64,000 bases of DNA from a virus. The stretch spans positions 23,476 to 87,475 of the IMG/VR virus record IMGVR_UViG_3300044608_001826. The stretch is one strand, 5' to 3'. Position numbers and translations under genes: made by a program. Shown here piece after piece: positions 50,645 through 60,653 of the stretch. Within the stretch, counting starts at the first letter, position 1. Each line of letters opens with the position of its first letter. Under the pieces are notes generated by a model. That model did not search any database, was not told the DNA's origin, and worked only from the letters and a program-made list of their open reading frames with translations.

Positions 50645-52396
50645 GTGCCAAATCCCCTTCAGGCCCTGAGTAATCTGGGGCGTAGCACTCAAGATATCGG
50701 TGAAGCTGCTAAGTTTTTTTACGGTGCAGCTAAATCCGGTCTTTTAGGTGACGATTTAGCCCGTTACATCAATTTAGGTCTGCGGAAAGCCCCTCAAGCG
50801 GGTCCGATCCCGACTAAGCCTGAGACAGCTGAGCAGCTTTTATTGACGACGCGTCGGGCTAAGGGTACGCCGGGTGCAGGTCAGATTCAAGGTCGTATTC
50901 CCAGCACTGTTAAAACTACAACTCCTCGGGAAGTTGTTCGTGCTTCCGTCTCCCCCCGTATTGAAGACGTTCGGCGGACTGAGCAAGCGCTCCGTCAAGT
51001 TCGCCCCGTTGAAGTAGCTCCCGGCCAACTCAATATCTTTGAAAGTGCTCGCGTTCCCGAGCGTTTCTCTACCGCTACGGCTCCTGGCTCGGCAGAAGAC
51101 TTACTTAAGAACGAGAATTTACTACGGGTTAAAGACCCTGGGACTTATCAAGCCCTCTCTGGTCTTGCTGAACGTGCCTCCCGGACTTTAGGTCAGCCTG
51201 TTTCTGTTGAGGATCTTATGGCTCCTGATTGGAGCCAACGAATCGCTCGGTTAGAACCCGGCGCCATGGTTCGCTCCCCCGGCGGTGCTGCCACTCCCCC
51301 GCGTGGGCCTGGCGGTGAACTTGCTATCCCTAGTCCCGGCGGCGCCGTTCAGCAAAGTCCTGGCGGTCGTATTGCGCAAGAGCCTGAGATTATCGCGGCA
51401 GACATCCGGGAGATCCGTACCTCCCCACGGTCCATGCCGGGCGGGAGTTTTTCACAAGAGGACGCTGCTCGGGCAGCTGCCGGATTACCGTCACGTTCCA
51501 TTTCGATTGATACTGTCCCCGAAGAGCTGAGCCGCGCTAACCCTCTTATTGAGGCTTTACGTAACGCAAAAGGCGGTCTTCAGACGATGGATCTGAAGCG
51601 GGCTTTGGCTATCGGCGGCCTCGCTGGTTTAGGTATTGGCGCTGCAGCCTCCCGTTTTGGTGGTGATCAGGGCAGCGATCAGATCTCCGGTGCTCCTACT
51701 GGTTCCCCCACGGCGGCTGCCGACGCAACTTCTGTGGCCGCTCCTCCTGCGTCCCCTGGCGGTCAGACACCTGGCACATTGAGTGTTCCCGGCGGTAGCT
51801 TTGTTCAAGCCGGTGGTGGAGCAACTCCTCCCGCAGGGCCTGTCCCCGGCATGGCTGGTGCTGGGCAAGTTGTTATCCGCACGGATGATTCCGCTAGCGA
51901 ACTGCGTCAAGCCGTTCAGCGAGTCAAGGCTCAGAGCCCGATGGCGTTTACTCCTGACTCTCCTCAGAACTACAAGAAAATTGCTGAGTATTACGGTGCG
52001 CGTCAAAAGTATGCGGGTCAACCGGAAGTTGCAGCCTCCGTTCAGCGGCAGCTGGTCGAGCGTGGTTCTTTAGGAACTCCCGGTCTGAAAGAATGGGCGG
52101 CTAAAAATCCCGTCCTCGCTTACGAACTGATGCAGAAGGAAATGGGTTCTCGCCCGGTTCCCAGTATGCAGATGGCTCCTATGAACCAAGGCGTTTCTCT
52201 GGGTAGCGAGCTTGGAACCAACAACGCTAATAACGCTGTTGGTTACGCCGATAATGCTTCTGCTAGTGCTGTTTACGGCAGTCAGGGGGCATCGGATTTA
52301 GCAGATGCTGCTAAACCAATCGCAAAACCTCAGCTTCTTTCTCCGCAAGAGTATGAAGCTGTACGTTTAGGTTACCTTGCCGGTTTTATCCGATAA
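50645..52396 (+). CDS. Pro/Gly/Ala-rich putative internal virion protein
   Basis: 583 aa, SPGG repeats, central glycine-zipper segment. Confidence 0.55.
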   Translation: MPNPLQALSNLGRSTQDIGEAAKFFYGAAKSGLLGDDLARYINLGLRKAPQAGPIPTKPETAEQLLLTTRRAKGTPGAGQIQGRIPSTVKTTTPREVVRASVSPRIEDVRRTEQALRQVRPVEVAPGQLNIFESARVPERFSTATAPGSAEDLLKNENLLRVKDPGTYQALSGLAERASRTLGQPVSVEDLMAPDWSQRIARLEPGAMVRSPGGAATPPRGPGGELAIPSPGGAVQQSPGGRIAQEPEIIAADIREIRTSPRSMPGGSFSQEDAARAAAGLPSRSISIDTVPEELSRANPLIEALRNAKGGLQTMDLKRALAIGGLAGLGIGAAASRFGGDQGSDQISGAPTGSPTAAADATSVAAPPASPGGQTPGTLSVPGGSFVQAGGGATPPAGPVPGMAGAGQVVIRTDDSASELRQAVQRVKAQSPMAFTPDSPQNYKKIAEYYGARQKYAGQPEVAASVQRQLVERGSLGTPGLKEWAAKNPVLAYELMQKEMGSRPVPSMQMAPMNQGVSLGSELGTNNANNAVGYADNASASAVYGSQGASDLADAAKPIAKPQLLSPQEYEAVRLGYLAGFIR

Positions 52397-52419
52397 ACTA
52401 TAACTATTAGGGGTTTCCG

Positions 52420-52809
52420 ATGTCTGATTACTGGCAGCCTACTGGTATGGACTGGAATCAAACTATGACTCCAGCCGTCGACTATAGCAATATTCCTTCG
52501 GTTAATTTAGGAGGAATTAACGCTCTGAGTGCTGCTACCCAACCTCCACAATCGTCATCGTTTGATTGGATTAGTGGAATTAAAGCGATTGGGGGCTTAG
52601 CTCAGGATATCGGAAAGGGTATTTATCTCGCTAAAGGGTATCAGCCTGGACCTTTTATGGATTCCAGCGGATTTTCAGGTGAAACGGACCGACAAACGCA
52701 AGAGTCGGATATCGAAGACTTCATTGCAGATCTCCTAAATAAAGCTAAGGAGAAACGCGATCAAAGCTTTGAGATCACCCCTTTACGGGGTTCCCAGTCT
52801 GTAGTGTAA
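52420..52809 (+). CDS. Hypothetical protein
   Basis: 129-aa ORF with TAAACT upstream. Confidence 0.55.
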   Translation: MSDYWQPTGMDWNQTMTPAVDYSNIPSVNLGGINALSAATQPPQSSSFDWISGIKAIGGLAQDIGKGIYLAKGYQPGPFMDSSGFSGETDRQTQESDIEDFIADLLNKAKEKRDQSFEITPLRGSQSVV

Positions 52810-52822
52810 TCAGGTATCTGCC

Positions 52823-53377
52823 ATGGCTTCGACTTCTACAAACAAGCAACCTTGCTTAATTGATCGCCCTTTTCTCCGTGGGGCTCGAATCACAAGTGCG
52901 ACTCAAACTTGCGACCCAACTAACCCGAACTTAACTGATCTTATTCAGTTAGTTCGCGTTGGTGACCTTCCGTCTGAAGACGCAGCTTTAGTCGAAGACA
53001 TCACCATCATCAGTAATGAGGACTACCCCAACAATGGGGGTAATCGAACAGCTGATATCGGTCTCTATGTTTATGCTCCGAATCAGTCGGCGCCTTCTAC
53101 TTCTTCGGCCTTGATGGTGGGTCGTTTTGAAGTCGGTTTAAGCGGAGATACCTTTGGTTACCCTCTGCCCGTCCAGTTGTTTGCCGTTAACGCCCCTGTT
53201 CCTCAGGTTGGCGATACCGCGATTATCGCTCCGATTCAGATCGGTAAGGGTGAGGGTCTCTACTTAGAGAAAGGTTACATCCTTTGTGCTGGGTACATTG
53301 GTAATGGCCCCACGTCTGTTTCTGGTGGCTTGAGTCCTTCCGGTATTACTATCTGGGCGCAAGGCGGTTTCTACTAA
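52823..53377 (+). CDS. Putative structural protein
   Basis: STSTNKQP.LIDRP N-terminus, AQGGFY C-terminus. Confidence 0.6.
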   Translation: MASTSTNKQPCLIDRPFLRGARITSATQTCDPTNPNLTDLIQLVRVGDLPSEDAALVEDITIISNEDYPNNGGNRTADIGLYVYAPNQSAPSTSSALMVGRFEVGLSGDTFGYPLPVQLFAVNAPVPQVGDTAIIAPIQIGKGEGLYLEKGYILCAGYIGNGPTSVSGGLSPSGITIWAQGGFY

Positions 53378-53386
53378 ATCCGTATA

Positions 53387-54919
53387 ATGTCCCGCCGAAA
53401 AGGGTCGGATAACTTTAACTTCAAGTCTTTTAAGGGCTCTGAACCGGTTAAAGACTTTAGTAAAGTTTTTGGGACGGACAATAAGGCTCAGCTTTTACAG
53501 CCCCTGCCGTTTAAACGTAGGTTTAGACCTGCTACAGGGACTAAGGATTTCAGTGTCCAGAGTGACTACGATTACGCGTCTCTCTGGGTTAGATGGAGAC
53601 GTGGTTATGAGCTTGCGATGTACTCGCAGCAAGCTTACGACGGTCTCGTTTATAGCTTTAAATATTACTTAACGGGGTCTCCTCCCTTTGGGGTCTTTCT
53701 GCCTGGGATTGCTTTCATGTATCCCAGTACTCGCGCAGATATGCGCATGTGGATGGTCGGTATAAGACCTCGTGACTCTTTTAAGTTTATCGACTTTGGT
53801 TACGCTGTAGAGTCTGTTACAGATTATAACGCTACTACGTACGCCGTAAAATTAAATACTCGTTTTGGCGCCCCTGTTTCTTTCTTTAAGGGAGAAGTTT
53901 TATCTAATAGGTATAACCCTGACGGTACTGAGAAGGCTTATGGGTTTAATAACTACACTGTTACAGGCGTGGGTATTAATGGAGTTCCTGTAAACCCTAG
54001 TTATCTACCTATATTTAATACGCTATTTCTGTCACATTCAGATGCTAATAGTTGGGCGGTAGTTGATGCAAATACAATGGCTGTTCCTGCAACAGGACCC
54101 CCTGCTGTAGGTGAATATTTAGCTACTGAGATGCGATCTCAGTGTACCTGTCCTGATTTCTTAGCTCGTGAAGGTTTTAATCTGTACGACGCTACTATTC
54201 GTCGCAAATATCCTTTTACACGCGTTCAAAATTTAGACCCCGGCTTTTACGACGCTGGACCTGACTTAGCGGATCGCTTAATTCCTGCTTCGGATGCTCC
54301 CGGTTTCGCGAGAAGTTTTGGTTTTATTTATCTAAATGAGATCTACAACATACCTAAAGTTAGTGAAAGTTCTTACTCAGATCCTAACGTTTACTATTAT
54401 CAACCTCGCTGGTGCAAGCACATATACGCTGCTATGTGGGACTTGCAGCTTAGATATAACCAAACAGAAACAACATCTCCTTGGCTTCCGCAGCCTACGG
54501 ATGAACCTTTAAACGAGTATTACCGTGAAAAATTCGAAATTGATTTAAGTAAACAAACGGATTTTTATAGACGAGAGCGAAATCTCGTGTGGTGGCAACG
54601 GTACAGCCCGACGAAAGACGACATGCCCACGCACATGATGTACCCAGATATGTACAACATGATGTCGAAGAGCTTGAACGCAGGGGGTTTGGATTCGGCG
54701 TCTACGCTGCAGGCGTCTAACTTCGAGATGTATACGATTTCCGAATTTAATCCTTTTGCACCCATAACACCCTCCCAGCAACAGGTCTACGACGGCGGCA
54801 CATATGCAAATGGTGTCCTAGTATCTCAACCAACGAACACTTTTATTGGCGGTACTTACGCTAATGGTGTTCTCACTGCTCCTGACGGTTTTCCCATCAA
54901 TGGTGGGACCTACACATGA
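53387..54919 (+). CDS. SWIM zinc-finger-containing protein
   Basis: CTCPDF ... WCKHIYA; C-terminal GGTY(ANGV) repeats. Confidence 0.7.
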   Translation: MSRRKGSDNFNFKSFKGSEPVKDFSKVFGTDNKAQLLQPLPFKRRFRPATGTKDFSVQSDYDYASLWVRWRRGYELAMYSQQAYDGLVYSFKYYLTGSPPFGVFLPGIAFMYPSTRADMRMWMVGIRPRDSFKFIDFGYAVESVTDYNATTYAVKLNTRFGAPVSFFKGEVLSNRYNPDGTEKAYGFNNYTVTGVGINGVPVNPSYLPIFNTLFLSHSDANSWAVVDANTMAVPATGPPAVGEYLATEMRSQCTCPDFLAREGFNLYDATIRRKYPFTRVQNLDPGFYDAGPDLADRLIPASDAPGFARSFGFIYLNEIYNIPKVSESSYSDPNVYYYQPRWCKHIYAAMWDLQLRYNQTETTSPWLPQPTDEPLNEYYREKFEIDLSKQTDFYRRERNLVWWQRYSPTKDDMPTHMMYPDMYNMMSKSLNAGGLDSASTLQASNFEMYTISEFNPFAPITPSQQQVYDGGTYANGVLVSQPTNTFIGGTYANGVLTAPDGFPINGGTYT

Positions 54920-55566
54920 CTTCTACACCTGTTGTTCTACTACTCAAAAGGTCTGGTATTTCTTCGGACCGTCCTAGCGGTATCGTCGTTCAAAATGGCG
55001 AGCTCGCGATCAGCACTGGTGCTGCGGATCCTGGCTTGTATTTCGAAGACACAGCAGGCAGCATTCGTAAGATTGGCCCTTCCGCTTACGGAACTAGCGC
55101 ACCGAACTCTGTCCCTGCGGGTTCTACTGGTAACTCCGTTGGAGAACTGTGGACCGATAGTAGTGCTGGAAGCTACTACCTAAAAGTCTGGACTGGCGGC
55201 GCTTGGCAGAAGGTATATTCTGGTTTCGCTGATTCAGCTACTACGGCTAACTCAGCCGCTACTGCAGGTAGCTCTATTTTTGCTGTTTTAGCTTCGGGGT
55301 CCGTACTTGCGTCTGGGTCTCTTATATCGTCTGGATCTCTTATATCGTCGGGATCTCTTATATCGTCTGGCTCGTTAATCTCGTCTGGTTCTTTAATTGC
55401 ATCTGGAGCTATAGCGGCTTCTGGGGCTATCGAAGTCAGCCGGATTTCTCTCAGTGGTCTCCCAGTAGCTGGTGTTTCAGGTTCGCTCTATTACCAGATT
55501 CAGTCTTCGGGGATCTACCCAGCAGGGCTTTATATCTGGGTTCAAGACACGTGGACTTCCGTTTAA
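54916..55566 (+). CDS. Tail-fibre-like protein
   Basis: LLLKRS...RP...GELAI...LYF.D..G.IRKIG N-terminus; GELWTD..YLKVWTGGAW. Confidence 0.7.
   Translation: MTSTPVVLLLKRSGISSDRPSGIVVQNGELAISTGAADPGLYFEDTAGSIRKIGPSAYGTSAPNSVPAGSTGNSVGELWTDSSAGSYYLKVWTGGAWQKVYSGFADSATTANSAATAGSSIFAVLASGSVLASGSLISSGSLISSGSLISSGSLISSGSLIASGAIAASGAIEVSRISLSGLPVAGVSGSLYYQIQSSGIYPAGLYIWVQDTWTSV
55285..55425 (+). repeat. 18-nt tandem repeat encoding about eight (S/A)SGSLI-type hexapeptides
   Basis: TCTGGATCTCTTATATCG-like units. Confidence 0.85.
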
Positions 55567-56099
55567 CCCCTAAGAGTTGCCTTAATGAACCACGCTGCTT
55601 TAAACATCTGACCCACAAAATCCGCTAAGTAGTTTTCGATGTCGAGAGCTTTTACTTCCTTAGCCGTGGCGGCTACATCCTTAGCCATGAATGCCGCCGT
55701 TTCTAGGTTTTTTAAATAAGTCGTTAACATATCTTTCCCTTCATAAGATTTAACGTTATCGAACTTTTTACATGCGCTTTCTAATCCTTTAGCGCACATT
55801 GGTAGTAAGTAGTCCATTGATCGAACAAATTCCCCGATTGCATCGAATTGTTCGATGTGGTTTTCGTATTGATCTTTTAAAAAATTATGTATGGCTAAGA
55901 ATGTAGGACCTTCAAAGTTTAGATGGATTAGATGTGACTGTACATAAAGCTGATTAACATAAGAGCCCAAGGTAACGAGCTGCATGATTAACTCATCAGC
56001 TGTTGCCTCAGGCTCTTTGTCCTCTCGTTCTTCAATTACCATGATCCCTTTTGCTTCGGGGATCATTTCGGCTGTTTCGAAGAACTGAGAGTAAGTCAT
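55563..56099 (-). CDS. dps: Dps/ferritin-like protein
   Basis: HLIHLNFEGPTFLAIHNFLKDQYE....FDAIGE ferroxidase pattern; KAAWFI. Confidence 0.85.
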   Translation of the reverse strand: MTYSQFFETAEMIPEAKGIMVIEEREDKEPEATADELIMQLVTLGSYVNQLYVQSHLIHLNFEGPTFLAIHNFLKDQYENHIEQFDAIGEFVRSMDYLLPMCAKGLESACKKFDNVKSYEGKDMLTTYLKNLETAAFMAKDVAATAKEVKALDIENYLADFVGQMFKAAWFIKATLRG

Positions 56100-56100
56100 T

Positions 56101-56370
56101 TTAGAAGTCGCAAGCCGTGGCTACTGCGGCACTTTCGTCTTTAGTTACTTTAGCTGCAGAGGAGCTTTGAAGATACTCTTCGAGTGCGCTTTTGTTGACG
56201 CGATACAGAGATTTTGCGCCGTTCGGTTGAAGATTCACGTAAACGGTTTTGGGCCAGCCGCCAGGTTGGTTAGCTTCAGATAACGCAATGCGCTTACGAA
56301 CAAAACCAGAGCTGCAGTTAAGAAGTTCTGCAGTCTCGGCAATAGTGAGGAGGGTTTTACCGTCCGACAT
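56101..56370 (-). CDS. Excisionase-like HTH protein
   Basis: LLTIAETAELLNCS..FVRKRI...YRVNKSALEEYL. Confidence 0.75.
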   Translation of the reverse strand: MSDGKTLLTIAETAELLNCSSGFVRKRIALSEANQPGGWPKTVYVNLQPNGAKSLYRVNKSALEEYLQSSSAAKVTKDESAAVATACDF

Positions 56371-56498
56371 TACGTATGCGGAGAAAAAGTAACGGACGTA
56401 TGTTAGCTCTATTTGCTCCGTGTGCAGTGAGACTCTTCTAAGAAAAGGTTTTCTTAAGATTTGTATGACCTATTATGTAGACAGCATTTTTTAGTTTT

Positions 56499-56747
56499 AT
56501 GACCATCCGCATTGCCGGGGAAGCCTTCAGTGCATATAACAAGCCAAAACGTGACGTACAGAGTGGTAAGGAGTATTCTGTAGCCGCTAAAGAAAACGGT
56601 AAGGTTAAGTTGGTTCGTTTTGGGGATCCTAATATGGCGAATCGTAGCGATGAGCCAGATCGTAAAGCAGCCTTCAGATCACGTCATAGCTGTGATGAAC
56701 CTAAGAGCAAATTGACTCCTGGGTATTGGAGCTGCCGAGCATGGTAG
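56499..56747 (+). CDS. Conserved small basic phage protein
   Basis: KLVRFGDPNM, FRSRHSCD, GYWSCRAW. Confidence 0.75.
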   Translation: MTIRIAGEAFSAYNKPKRDVQSGKEYSVAAKENGKVKLVRFGDPNMANRSDEPDRKAAFRSRHSCDEPKSKLTPGYWSCRAW

Positions 56748-56810
56748 TACATAAACATTAAAGTAATCTGTGATTCCACCTTTTCCTCTTTTCTTCAAGT
56801 AGAGCTACAC

Positions 56811-57086
56811 TTGAAGAAAGGGGATCTCGTCATGGCCTCGCGCAAATCTGATGACTACCAGGGAATCATCTGCGGTCTAACCATGGAGGATGAGTTTACC
56901 CTCACCCGAATTCGCACTAAGGCCCATTCACTTAAAAGTAAAGAGCGAGACCAGTATCTCTGGACGACTGTCTTCAAGCTTATATGCCGTGAGAGAGCTT
57001 ATAAAACAGTTATGGCTGATGTAGGGATTTCAGTTGACACTAACATGAAATTATTTGATGACGAAGACTTGACCGCTGTGGAGTGA
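56811..57086 (+). CDS. Hypothetical protein
   Basis: 91-aa ORF. Confidence 0.55.
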   Translation: MKKGDLVMASRKSDDYQGIICGLTMEDEFTLTRIRTKAHSLKSKERDQYLWTTVFKLICRERAYKTVMADVGISVDTNMKLFDDEDLTAVE

Positions 57087-57134
57087 ATCTTATCTTAAAC
57101 TTAGTCAATATAGTCCCAGCACTAAGGTAATACA

Positions 57135-58460
57135 TTGGACTACCGGGAGATAGCTCGACAAAAAGCCCTCAAATATGGCTTACTCCCGGAAGTTTTTGAG
57201 CGTCAGATTGGTGCTGAGTCCGGTTTCAATCCAAAAGCTGTCTCTAGCGCGGGTGCTTTAGGTATTGCGCAAATAATGCCTTCCACGGCGAAGGGCTGGG
57301 GTGTCGATCCGAGAGATCCTGTTGCAGCGTTGGATGCTGCGGCAAAAAATATGTCCTCTTACATTAGGACTTATGGAGGGTTCTCTACGAATGATCCTTA
57401 TAAAGTTCGATCTGCTTACGAGAAGGCTCTACAGGCTTATAACGCTGGTCCCGGTTCTGTAGGCAAGTACTTACCCGCAGAGACTAAAAACTACATTAGT
57501 AAAATCGTAGGCCCAGATAAATTTAGCTTCACTCAAGCACTGCAAAATGCTGCTTTTACTGAGCCTACATCTTCCTCTTTACCAGCGAGTTCGACTGTAG
57601 AACCTGTTTCTTTGCCTAGATACGATATTAAGAAAGCAGTAGAGGGTATTGTAGGTAACTTTATCTCTAAGGGTCTACAACCAGATAATCAAAGCCAGGA
57701 TCTTTCATCTCAGTACTTAGCGAAAGCTTCTGAATTAGACGAGCTTGGTACCCCTGAGGCGATGGAGTTGGCCGAAGCTTACCGCTTGAAGGCTATTGAG
57801 TCCACAGCCACCGTGGGGGGCTCGACTCCCGATGTCGCTTCTTTATACTCAGGAATACTGGGAGAAAAACTAAAACAGATCGCTTACGATCAAGATGCTG
57901 CTAACCAAGAAGAAGCTTTAAATAAAGTATTACAAGCTTCGGCGCAGTCTCCTACCGCTCAGAGTCCTACGGGGAATGTTCCAACAGCAGGTGGAGGTTT
58001 TGCTTTAAAGGGCGCAACTATAACATCTCCAGTAGATACATCAGGTGAACCCGGTTTTGACTTTGTTATCCCAGGAGGGAGGGGCGCCGCTTTTGCTTTA
58101 CCTTTTACTGGGCAAGTAGTTGGTGTTGAAAAAAATCAGAACTGGGAAACTCACTTGGAAAAAGGCGCAGGCAAGCGTGGGTACGGAAATTGGGTAGACG
58201 TTAGAGCTATCGATCCAGTTACGAAGAAAGCTTTTGATGTTCGGTTTGCTCACTTTGATAAAGTAAACCCTAACCTCAAAGTAGGACAAACGATTACTGC
58301 TGGAACTCCGATAGGTCTACAAGGACGTACGGGTTCGACCACGGGGCATCATGTTTCCGCAGACTTTTATAATGCCGGTTCTACAACTGCAAGTAAGGAA
58401 ATACTTGGAATACGTGATCGAATTCGAGATAGACTGGCTAAAGGGTTACCAGTGTTTTAA
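57135..58460 (+). CDS. Virion peptidoglycan hydrolase: SLT lytic transglycosylase plus M23-like peptidase
   Basis: AESGFNPKAVSSAGALGIAQIMP, AYNAGPG, ETKNY; C-terminal GYGNWV, FAHF, GRTGSTTGHH. Confidence 0.9.
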   Translation: MDYREIARQKALKYGLLPEVFERQIGAESGFNPKAVSSAGALGIAQIMPSTAKGWGVDPRDPVAALDAAAKNMSSYIRTYGGFSTNDPYKVRSAYEKALQAYNAGPGSVGKYLPAETKNYISKIVGPDKFSFTQALQNAAFTEPTSSSLPASSTVEPVSLPRYDIKKAVEGIVGNFISKGLQPDNQSQDLSSQYLAKASELDELGTPEAMELAEAYRLKAIESTATVGGSTPDVASLYSGILGEKLKQIAYDQDAANQEEALNKVLQASAQSPTAQSPTGNVPTAGGGFALKGATITSPVDTSGEPGFDFVIPGGRGAAFALPFTGQVVGVEKNQNWETHLEKGAGKRGYGNWVDVRAIDPVTKKAFDVRFAHFDKVNPNLKVGQTITAGTPIGLQGRTGSTTGHHVSADFYNAGSTTASKEILGIRDRIRDRLAKGLPVF

Positions 58461-58462
58461 TT

Positions 58463-59113
58463 ATGGGCGGTGGATCTGCTAGTGCTCCCAGCACACCAAA
58501 TTACGCTGGCCAGGCTCGGGATATCGTAAATAAAGTTCGTCAGGATCAAAAACAAATTAATAATTACTTTAAAAATAGAACGGATAAGTATTTGAATATG
58601 ATGGCCGATGCTCAAGGCCGTGTGGATCGAGCGTTCGGTACTACTGGTGCGGATTATGTATCTTCAATAAATAAGTCCTATTACGGTAATATGGAAGACG
58701 TTTCAGATAAGTATAAAAATATGCTAACGCAGGAACCTACTTTATTAAATACTCAAGCATTTGGTGATTTCTCTAACGTACTTAGACAAGGTTCTCAAGA
58801 GTACGGACAGGCCGTAACTTCCGCAAGTCGGCTTGCTGGGGATCGTTTATACGGCACTCTCGGAGCTCCCGCTGCAATTGCCGAAAACTTAGCGACCAGT
58901 CCTTCTGCAAATAATCTTATAGATCAAACTTTTATGGATTACGCTAAACAGCCTCCCACCGTGGGGAACGTTATGCAGGAGATGTCGCCTTATTACACGT
59001 TTAATCCCGATATGACTCCCTACGACATAGCTTCCTTTAATGTCAAAAAGTACAAAGCTGACACTACCCCTTACGACGTAAAGAGCTACCGAATAGCTTC
59101 TATTAATGTCTGA
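58463..59113 (+). CDS. Putative internal virion protein
   Basis: MGGGS...P..PNY N-terminus typical of ejection proteins. Confidence 0.5.
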   Translation: MGGGSASAPSTPNYAGQARDIVNKVRQDQKQINNYFKNRTDKYLNMMADAQGRVDRAFGTTGADYVSSINKSYYGNMEDVSDKYKNMLTQEPTLLNTQAFGDFSNVLRQGSQEYGQAVTSASRLAGDRLYGTLGAPAAIAENLATSPSANNLIDQTFMDYAKQPPTVGNVMQEMSPYYTFNPDMTPYDIASFNVKKYKADTTPYDVKSYRIASINV

Positions 59114-59399
59114 TAACCTAAAGCCATCTTTCCATGAGCGTAAGGTGAGTTTCCACGGTGAAGCTCCCTTCGCTAAACATGACTACCGATATCGGAGCCG
59201 AGATGTCATTCGTCTCGCGGGTAAGATTTGGGGAGAGAGCCCCAACGAAAGAACAAGGCGTTTGAGCCGAGAACACTTGTTCCGCAAAATGAGGGAAACT
59301 CCCATAGGTCCCGGTTTTGGTTTACGTGATAATTTCGGACCTGATGATAATTATGCAACCGTGGAGTTTATTGATAGTACACCCTACCAACAGTATTAA
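59106..59399 (+). CDS. Hypothetical protein
   Basis: 97-aa coupled ORF. Confidence 0.5.
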   Translation: MSDNLKPSFHERKVSFHGEAPFAKHDYRYRSRDVIRLAGKIWGESPNERTRRLSREHLFRKMRETPIGPGFGLRDNFGPDDNYATVEFIDSTPYQQY

Positions 59400-59949
59400 A
59401 TAAATCCATAAAGTCTGCTATTCGCTTTTCAGTATTAAGTGGATGGGGGATGTAAAAAACAAACCCTAAACATCGACTGTTTTTTAGAACTGACTGTCCT
59501 TCTTGGTCTAAATACAACTTTGGGTGATCTTTAAGAACACACAAGGGAAAGTCAATATTTAATTTTTGAGTTGTTAGTAAGGCAACTTCTGATGATGTTA
59601 AAAATATAATTCCTTCGTCAAATTCTCCGTTTCTATATTTACGTACAGCCTCCTCTAACCAAACTCTTTGAGCCGATTTTTTGAAGTACTTAGGTTGAGA
59701 GAATAAAATCGGGGACTTAGGTTGTTCAACTGCATTAAGAAAATTTCTTGGAGGGTATAAATAAACGTTTGGAGCTTTCCACTTTTGTTTTAACCCGTTG
59801 TGTTCAGGAGTGAAGTATTTATAAGCTCCAACAACTTCATTTGCTAAATCGCTGGAGGCGGGATCTAACGCAATTTCCCCGTTGAAAAACCCCGCCACCG
59901 TGGCGATTAAGTCAGGCGGAGATATGAAGTCATAGGTACTTAGCGGCAT
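59368..59949 (-). CDS. Phage DNA N6-adenine methyltransferase-like protein with altered catalytic motif
   Basis: IALDPASS, NGLKQKW, VYLYPP in place of NPPY. Confidence 0.72.
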   Translation of the reverse strand: MPLSTYDFISPPDLIATVAGFFNGEIALDPASSDLANEVVGAYKYFTPEHNGLKQKWKAPNVYLYPPRNFLNAVEQPKSPILFSQPKYFKKSAQRVWLEEAVRKYRNGEFDEGIIFLTSSEVALLTTQKLNIDFPLCVLKDHPKLYLDQEGQSVLKNSRCLGFVFYIPHPLNTEKRIADFMDLFNTVGRVYYQ

Positions 59950-60349
59950 CGAGAGCTTCTTTTAATCTTTCTTCAGTTTGATTTATATCAATGACGTGTA
60001 CACTCATAGACTCTTCTGTAACCATAATCACGATGGGTTTTTCTGTTCCGGATTCTTTAACGACAATGCTTTGAACTTTCTCAAAAAACTTCTTAAGGTC
60101 ATTATCCATCGCTTCTTCCGCGAGAATTAGATCTCGCTGTATCTCCCTTAGGGGCATATATAAACTTTTCTCGGGGGAATGGGGATTAAAAACAAGAGCC
60201 CCTGCCCCTTCCGCAGTTTTAAACTCATTATACAATGTTACGATATCACCTATAATCATTTTCACTGTACTTAAGGCAACCCTGTTTTTTACTTCATCCC
60301 GTCCAAAAAGAACGTTAGACAGCTTTTGAACGGCTTCACTGTGACTCAT
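59930..60349 (-). CDS. Hypothetical protein
   Basis: 139-aa ORF in a minus-strand operon. Confidence 0.6.
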   Translation of the reverse strand: MSHSEAVQKLSNVLFGRDEVKNRVALSTVKMIIGDIVTLYNEFKTAEGAGALVFNPHSPEKSLYMPLREIQRDLILAEEAMDNDLKKFFEKVQSIVVKESGTEKPIVIMVTEESMSVHVIDINQTEERLKEALDAAKYL

Positions 60350-60653
60350 TTTGATACCCGTTGAAAGAATTCCAGGCGTCCCGTAGCACTTTAGCTAAAT
60401 CGAACAGAAATGCACTGGTATTGTTTTCCGTAGGGTCGAGTCGGCAGTAGTGGCGTCCTTCAACTAAACCAGAGCTGCCTTTGGAGACAATCCCTTGGTG
60501 GATAAGTTTATCTACCGTAACTAAAGGTACTCCTAGGCGGGCTGCAACCACTTTTTTGCTTACGAACGCCGTGGTGATGTCGCTAGAACTAGCGTTAGCT
60601 AGGATCTGCAAACTTGCGTCGATGCTTCTTAAAGTGTCAACAATGTCTTTCAT
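60336..60653 (-). CDS. Putative DNA-binding protein
   Basis: VAARLGVP HTH-like segment, LVEGRHY; ATG at 60653. Confidence 0.55.
   Translation of the reverse strand: MKDIVDTLRSIDASLQILANASSSDITTAFVSKKVVAARLGVPLVTVDKLIHQGIVSKGSSGLVEGRHYCRLDPTENNTSAFLFDLAKVLRDAWNSFNGYQNESQ

Noticed and set aside
56101-56370. Excisionase-like gene as evidence of a prophage
   Set aside because: No integrase, att site or host genes in the window; such HTH proteins are common in lytic phages.
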